Shown: piece by piece, positions 58,989 to 64,000 of the stretch
Position numbering within the stretch: the stretch's first letter is position 1
Layout of the letters: each line of letters opens with the position of its first letter
Virus record (IMG/VR): IMGVR_UViG_3300025867_000005
From: a virus
Lineage: Duplodnaviria; Caudoviricetes
Strand: one strand, 5' to 3'
DNA length: 64,000 bases
Made by a program: the position numbers and the translations under genes
The notes under the pieces: model-generated
Databases searched by the model: none
Told to the model about the DNA's origin: nothing
Seen by the model: only the letters and a program-made list of their open reading frames with translations

Positions 58989-59038
58989 ACTTCATCTATT
59001 TTTGTTGATATTTCCCTTACATAAAGGAGGATATCAAC

Positions 59039-59941
59039 ATGTTAGAAAAAACTGTAATGAATGCGCTTGCTACTCATAATATCGCCAAAGAGGATTTGTT
59101 CAAGATGTATTGTGAGCAAGAAATGAGCTTAACTAAAATAAAGGAAGTCACTGGACTTCAATTCCATCAAACTCTGGGAATTCTAAGGTTCTTTGGAATC
59201 CGCACCAGAGGAATAAGTGAATCACAAAAAACGAAAACTTACCGTAAAGAATTCGAAGAAACCATTGAAAAAAGATTCGGTCAAGGAATCAAAAACCCGT
59301 CACAAGCAGAATGTGTAAAAGAAAAGAAACGCCAAACTTTTCTTAAAAATTATGGGGTTGATAACATCTGGAAAAGTCCAAGCTTTAAGGAGTTCCTTGA
59401 CGGAAGAATGTTGGAACTTTATGGACAGAAAAGAGTTTCTGAAAATTACGCAGAGATGGGAGAAGAAGAACAAAGAAAGGCCTCTGAACGAAGAAGTCTT
59501 TCGGCTCGGACTGCTTGGGAAAATAAAAGTGAGGAATCTAAATCTCAACAAATAAAAAGAATCCACAAAGGAGGGTCTTCGGAGATTGAAAAGGCTTTCG
59601 GGAAACATCTTGATTTTCTAGGGATTGAATATGAAACCTCTTTCTATCTCGGAGTGAATCAGTTTGATTATCGACTATCTGGGACTAACATTCTGATCGA
59701 AATAAATGGAGACTTCTGGCATGGGAATCCATCCTTATATGTCAGCGGAGACGTTATCCGCTTCCCAGTAAAGAGCGTGTTGGTTGATAAGTTGTGGGAG
59801 AAAGATGAAAAGAAGCGGCAAAAAGCAATAGGAAAAGGGTTTGTTGTCATCACTTTTTGGGAAAGGTTCCTAAAAAAAGCAACAGAAGAAGAAATTAGGA
59901 AGAAGGTATATGATGAAATTAAAGTCCATTCAAAGGATTGA
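59039..59941 (+). mobile_element. Free-standing Vsr/DUF559-like homing endonuclease between the ligase intein halves
   Basis: KEKKRQTFLKNYGVDN-type repeats; SEIEK...FDY...IEINGDFWHGNP...WEKD..K...GF.VITFWE. Confidence 0.8.
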
Positions 59942-60836
59942 AAACAATTCTAAGCGTTATGATATCCAAACTGAAACTGGGAATTTCTTTGCTAATGGAA
60001 TTTTAGTACACAACTGTTTGATTGTCAGCAAGTTCAACGGTCAGCTTATCGTCAGGACTCGCGGCACCATTGATGCCCGAGGGATGCCTAACGGCCAAGA
60101 AATTGACGAATTGATTGCCAAGTATCCAAAGGCTTTTGATAATGACTGGTTGGACAAAGGATTCAGCATTTGTTATGAGTGGACTACCCCTAGTAACATC
60201 ATTGTTCTGGCCGAATCCACAGAACCGGAACTTTGGCTTACGGGGATTATTGATCACAAAGATTATTCCTATGCCCCGCAGAAAATCCTTGATGCTGCCG
60301 TTACCTTCCTTGGTGGCGTCAAGCGTCCGAAGACGTATAAATTCAACAGCTTTGAAGAAATGGTTGCGGCGGTTGAAGCTTTCCGTGGCATTGAAGGAGT
60401 AGTCGTTTATGCCTGTAACGGTCAAATTTTGAAGAAGGTTAAGAGTGTCGCTTATTTGGCGTTGCACCGTATGAAAAGCCATCTTGGGAGCACTGAGAAC
60501 GTTGTTGATTATTTTCTTGCCAACGGTTGCAAAACGTCCGAAGACCTGATTGCGAAAGTGACGGCTGACAGCGATTTCGAAATCGCGAAAGTCATCAGTC
60601 TTTCTGCTCCGATGGTTGCGGAAGCCTATCGCCGCACGGTGGAACAGCTAGATACGGCTTATTCGTTTGTTGAACAAAACGTCAAGGTTCTTGTAAACCG
60701 TAAAGACATGGCGACGGCGATCCTTGGTCACAATAAGGAATTGTCGGGCTTTATGTTTCAAATGCTTGACGGGAAAATCAAACAGCCTTGGAATGATGTT
60801 GTTTTGAAGAAAATCATGATGGCCTATGTTAAGTAG
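59910..60836 (+). CDS. Split-intein C-half (35 aa) plus RNA ligase C-part
   Basis: MMKLKSI...RYDIQTETGNFFANGILVHN|CLIVSK...RTRG...CYEW...N.IV...EGVVV...KKVKSVAY. Confidence 0.87.
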   Translation: MMKLKSIQRIENNSKRYDIQTETGNFFANGILVHNCLIVSKFNGQLIVRTRGTIDARGMPNGQEIDELIAKYPKAFDNDWLDKGFSICYEWTTPSNIIVLAESTEPELWLTGIIDHKDYSYAPQKILDAAVTFLGGVKRPKTYKFNSFEEMVAAVEAFRGIEGVVVYACNGQILKKVKSVAYLALHRMKSHLGSTENVVDYFLANGCKTSEDLIAKVTADSDFEIAKVISLSAPMVAEAYRRTVEQLDTAYSFVEQNVKVLVNRKDMATAILGHNKELSGFMFQMLDGKIKQPWNDVVLKKIMMAYVK

Positions 60837-60876
60837 AATTTTTTGATATTCAATTACAAGGTAGGAGAACTAAACG

Positions 60877-61380
60877 ATGAATGATGGGTTTTGGATTAAT
60901 TACGCCAACGGTAAAACTGTACGGATTCACGAGCATGAGACGGATATCAGGAATCCCAGTGTCTTTAAGAAGTTAGGCTTCAATGTCAAAGAAATGGAAG
61001 CCTTCAAACCGTTTAAGCTTGGCGTGGATCGTGAAAAGTTCATGTTGTGGTTGATGCACAAATATCCACTTATGCGGGTACGCGGGCATGGTATTTCCAC
61101 GACTTTTGAATTTGATTCCAGGTCACGTCAATCCCCTTTGGATGCTGTTTTTGAGTTTGCTGAAAACAACTTGGGTCAATTTTCCATGTTGACTATCAAC
61201 AACTTTGCAACCAAAGAATCTGTTGACATTTCTTTCGGTGCGTTTAAAGATTTGATGGACTCCGATGGGGCAGAAGGAGTTTTGCGTTACGGTTCGACGA
61301 TTAGAATAAATTCGAACGTTCTAAAAGAGCTTCGTAAAATCTCCCGTGTGCTAAAAACCACTGACATGTTGAAAAAGTAA
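60877..61380 (+). CDS. Hypothetical protein
   Basis: aggag RBS; TTTTTGATAT upstream; C-terminal ELRKISRVL. Confidence 0.65.
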   Translation: MNDGFWINYANGKTVRIHEHETDIRNPSVFKKLGFNVKEMEAFKPFKLGVDREKFMLWLMHKYPLMRVRGHGISTTFEFDSRSRQSPLDAVFEFAENNLGQFSMLTINNFATKESVDISFGAFKDLMDSDGAEGVLRYGSTIRINSNVLKELRKISRVLKTTDMLKK

Positions 61381-61520
61381 AGGATGGTGAAAAATGAATT
61401 GGATTTTAAAAATGCTTAAACGGTACAATGCTTGGCTGACGACCGACCCGATTATTTGGAAGGCAATGAAAACCGCCAAAAAGAACGGGAATAAATGCAA
61501 CTTAGTCGCAAGGTGGAAAA

Positions 61521-62519
61521 ATGGAATCTGATTATAGCTATGTTTATGATCCGGAACATAAGAAGAACCCAGGAAGCGGATTTTCTAAAACAGAAAAGGG
61601 CTGGTCTAAAACAGACTATCAAGAAGACATACAAAAGCCAGAAGTGCAGGATAAGTTTGTTTTTGAACACAATGCCGTCTTTAAGTTCGGTAGCAAACTA
61701 AATGTAAATTTTCACGGAACGACGGAAGCATCAAAATCATTTCCTTCAAGATTTCGTGATGCTTTAAAAAGATTTATCGGTAAGAAAAACCAATACAAAG
61801 AATTTCAGCAGAAGTATTCGGAATTACTTGATTCAGTCGTTGAAAAAACCAAAGGTTCTGAAAACCCTTTGGTTATTTACGGTTGGTCTGTCAGAAGCGG
61901 GCAGGATAATGGTCAATTTGATGTTGAAATGCTTGGTGTTGACCCCGTACATACAGCAATGATAGGCGAAGAAATCGCCAAAGAATTCGGAAGAGTAGAA
62001 ATTGCAACTGATACCCCGACACAAGAAACGAAATCCATCATCATTGATAAAAATGGGAATGCTTCTTCTTTTCTTGGTTTACCGGCTGTACACCAGGGTA
62101 AAACAAGGTTTACGTTTTCCACGAATGTAACTGTAGACATTGATAATACGGAACCGAAAGATTTTATAGACGGACTTAAGAAGGCCTTTCGGAACAAACT
62201 CGTTTCTATTAGAAATGACGTGATGACAAGAAACAATGAAAAGAATTTCATCAAGAAGGTAAAGGCGGCGTTTGAAGAGTCTGGGGCAACGTTTACTCCG
62301 CAACAAATATCCATATCTCCCGTTTTCGGAGGTTATCGCGATCAAAAAACACATGAAGTAGGAACGGAAATTTCATATGACATCCATTTTAAACAAATAG
62401 ATCCAGAACAAGCCGTTCTTATTTCGAAAGCATTGAATAAACAATTTCACCAACAATCCACTCTTCTAACAGGGTACGGAAATAACAAGAGAGCGGCATT
62501 TTATATTTCAGGAATCTGA
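61521..62519 (+). CDS. Hypothetical protein with N-terminal YVYDPEH tag
   Basis: YVYDPEHKKNPGSGFSKTEKGWSK, shared with the 36276 ORF. Confidence 0.7.
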   Translation: MESDYSYVYDPEHKKNPGSGFSKTEKGWSKTDYQEDIQKPEVQDKFVFEHNAVFKFGSKLNVNFHGTTEASKSFPSRFRDALKRFIGKKNQYKEFQQKYSELLDSVVEKTKGSENPLVIYGWSVRSGQDNGQFDVEMLGVDPVHTAMIGEEIAKEFGRVEIATDTPTQETKSIIIDKNGNASSFLGLPAVHQGKTRFTFSTNVTVDIDNTEPKDFIDGLKKAFRNKLVSIRNDVMTRNNEKNFIKKVKAAFEESGATFTPQQISISPVFGGYRDQKTHEVGTEISYDIHFKQIDPEQAVLISKALNKQFHQQSTLLTGYGNNKRAAFYISGI

Positions 62520-62540
62520 CAAATCTTTTTATGGAAGCCA

Positions 62541-62569
62541 TTGACAAGCCCGAATGGTTTTGATATTGT
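62541..62569 (+). promoter_or_regulatory. sigma70-type promoter
   Basis: TTGACA-17 bp-TATTGT with TGa extension. Confidence 0.65.
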
Positions 62570-62626
62570 ATCTATATCGAAGCCACTTTAGGATTTATTG
62601 AAGAGAATTGAAGAAAGGGTTTAGAC

Positions 62627-63193
62627 ATGAAAACTCAAAAGTTGAAACAGTTGGTTCAGGAATGTGGTAAGGTTACAGTCCGATTGACGGATGAACTTTG
62701 GGATGAATCTTGTGGACAGAAAGGAATGCTTGCGGATGTCATCCAATATATTGATGAGGATGATGGTTGCAGATTCGTTTTCGATTACCAACGCTATTTG
62801 GCGAATGATCTTCCGCTGCAAACTCGAAACTACTACATCGATACCGGTCTCGGAACGGCATTCGAAGCGGGTCTGATGTCGATGAATCGGGTTCAGGAAG
62901 ATATCTATGCGGAGAAAGAGGGAGAAATCTCTTGTGAAATCGTGGATGAACTTCTTAACAAATATCTTTCAAGCGGTAGCCAGCTTTCTTATGTGGAATG
63001 GATGGAAGCCCGCCTGAAGGCTACAACTTCGGAAGACTTAGCCGTTGCGGAAATCAAAGCGTTGGACGGCATGAAGATTGATGAAGTTCACCAAAAGGCA
63101 GATGAAGTCCTTTTGAAGGTTCTGAAATCCGCTGGTTTTTCTAAGCTTGTCGCCGCATATCGCGAAGCAAGTGTTGATTTCTATTACATCTAA
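62627..63193 (+). CDS. Hypothetical protein
   Basis: ORF track; downstream of the promoter. Confidence 0.65.
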   Translation: MKTQKLKQLVQECGKVTVRLTDELWDESCGQKGMLADVIQYIDEDDGCRFVFDYQRYLANDLPLQTRNYYIDTGLGTAFEAGLMSMNRVQEDIYAEKEGEISCEIVDELLNKYLSSGSQLSYVEWMEARLKATTSEDLAVAEIKALDGMKIDEVHQKADEVLLKVLKSAGFSKLVAAYREASVDFYYI

Positions 63194-63235
63194 TGAAGAA
63201 ATATGTCGAATTCTAGGAATCGAAGGGATTAGATT

Positions 63236-63466
63236 ATGGTAAGCAGTGGAATGAAAAATCCGATTTATATTGAATACTATTCCCATTCGGGAGAAGGTTT
63301 CTATAAGATCGATATTCCTTGGAGTCGGTTTCATAAATATACGGTGGTTCTTTGTCCCGTAAATGAAGGAATTGAAAAAGCAAAGCTGGTCGCTGAAAAG
63401 GCGATTAAAGAGGCGCTGGCTTTAGCACTTGAAAACCCAATTGAGAAGGAGCAAAACGATGAATGA
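63236..63466 (+). CDS. Hypothetical protein
   Basis: ORF track. Confidence 0.5.
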   Translation: MVSSGMKNPIYIEYYSHSGEGFYKIDIPWSRFHKYTVVLCPVNEGIEKAKLVAEKAIKEALALALENPIEKEQNDE

Positions 63467-63980
63467 ACGTGTGTATGATGGATACTTGAAGGTTGATCGT
63501 GTTGATGTTGATTTGGGAGACGGCAAACTTGTCAAGCGGGAAGTGGTCAGGGTCAGGGATGCCGTTGCGGTTCTCTGTTACTGTCCTGGAACTGACAAAT
63601 TCTTGTTCACTAAGCAATTCCGTATTGGGGCCAATGCAGAAACTTTTGAGGTCCCTGCCGGTTGCATTGACAAGGGCGAAAATCCAGTCGATGCCGCTAT
63701 TCGTGAAACGAAAGAAGAGACAGGCCGTGAAGTCTTGTACATCCGTAAAGCCGGGGAATTTTTCCTGAGTCCGGGATATACGACAGAGAAGATGTATCTG
63801 TATATCGCCTGTGTGGGAGAAGACAATCTCGGTCAGCATCTTGATGGTGATGAATTCCTTACGATTGTTGAAATGAGCCCTCGTGATCTGGTCAAGTATA
63901 CATTTAAAGACATCAAGACGCAATACCTTGTCAATAGTTTTGCTTTAAAACAGACACCTTTGATCTCTGAAGAAAATTGA
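63459..63980 (+). CDS. Nudix hydrolase, ADP-ribose pyrophosphatase (NudF)-like
   Basis: KQFR, EVPAG, Nudix box GCIDKGENPVDAAIRETKEETG, SPG. Confidence 0.85.
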   Translation: MNERVYDGYLKVDRVDVDLGDGKLVKREVVRVRDAVAVLCYCPGTDKFLFTKQFRIGANAETFEVPAGCIDKGENPVDAAIRETKEETGREVLYIRKAGEFFLSPGYTTEKMYLYIACVGEDNLGQHLDGDEFLTIVEMSPRDLVKYTFKDIKTQYLVNSFALKQTPLISEEN

Positions 63981-64000
63981 TTTCACCCTATTGACATCAT

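Noticed and set aside
1-64000. Stop-codon reassignment, as seen in some large phages
   Set aside because: Genes are full length in code 11, and TAA, TAG and TGA all end recognisable proteins. The breaks in dnaE-N and the ligase coincide with intein termini.
1-64000. tRNA/rRNA genes, reverse transcriptase (DGR/retron), integrase, transposase
   Set aside because: No cloverleaf, YxDD reverse-transcriptase or recombinase motifs seen by eye. A covariance-model scan was not possible, so small RNAs cannot be excluded.

Overview
64 kb of a large (jumbo-type) bacteriophage genome in the standard genetic code. It is densely coding and almost all on the + strand. The class III ribonucleotide reductase suggests an anaerobic or facultative host. 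Contents: (i) replication/recombination genes (intein-containing RecA, 5'-3' exonuclease, SbcD, an N-terminal half of SbcC, RecB/Cas4-like and RuvC-like nucleases, a DnaE-type polymerase encoded in three pieces); (ii) nucleotide and cofactor metabolism (GMP reductase, Tmk, NrdD/NrdG, NadD, NadE, ADP-ribose Nudix, cysteine desulfurase); (iii) three C5 DNA methyltransferases; (iv) RNA-repair enzymes; (v) many small hypothetical genes behind near-consensus sigma70 promoters. Highlights: two 'fractured' genes (dnaE-N and an Rnl1-type RNA ligase), each with a split intein and a free-standing endonuclease between the halves. In DnaE, the GRGS/FERF nucleotide-binding motifs exist only after trans-splicing and lie on a different polypeptide from the catalytic aspartates. 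Several unrelated proteins share short tag-like motifs and sit behind a recurrent TTTTTGATAT element. A repeat-rich non-coding region at 46.1-47.0 kb coincides with a strand-composition switch (candidate origin). All family calls come from motifs read by eye; no database searches were run. Several start codons were moved from the ORF track to RBS-supported ATG/GTG codons.
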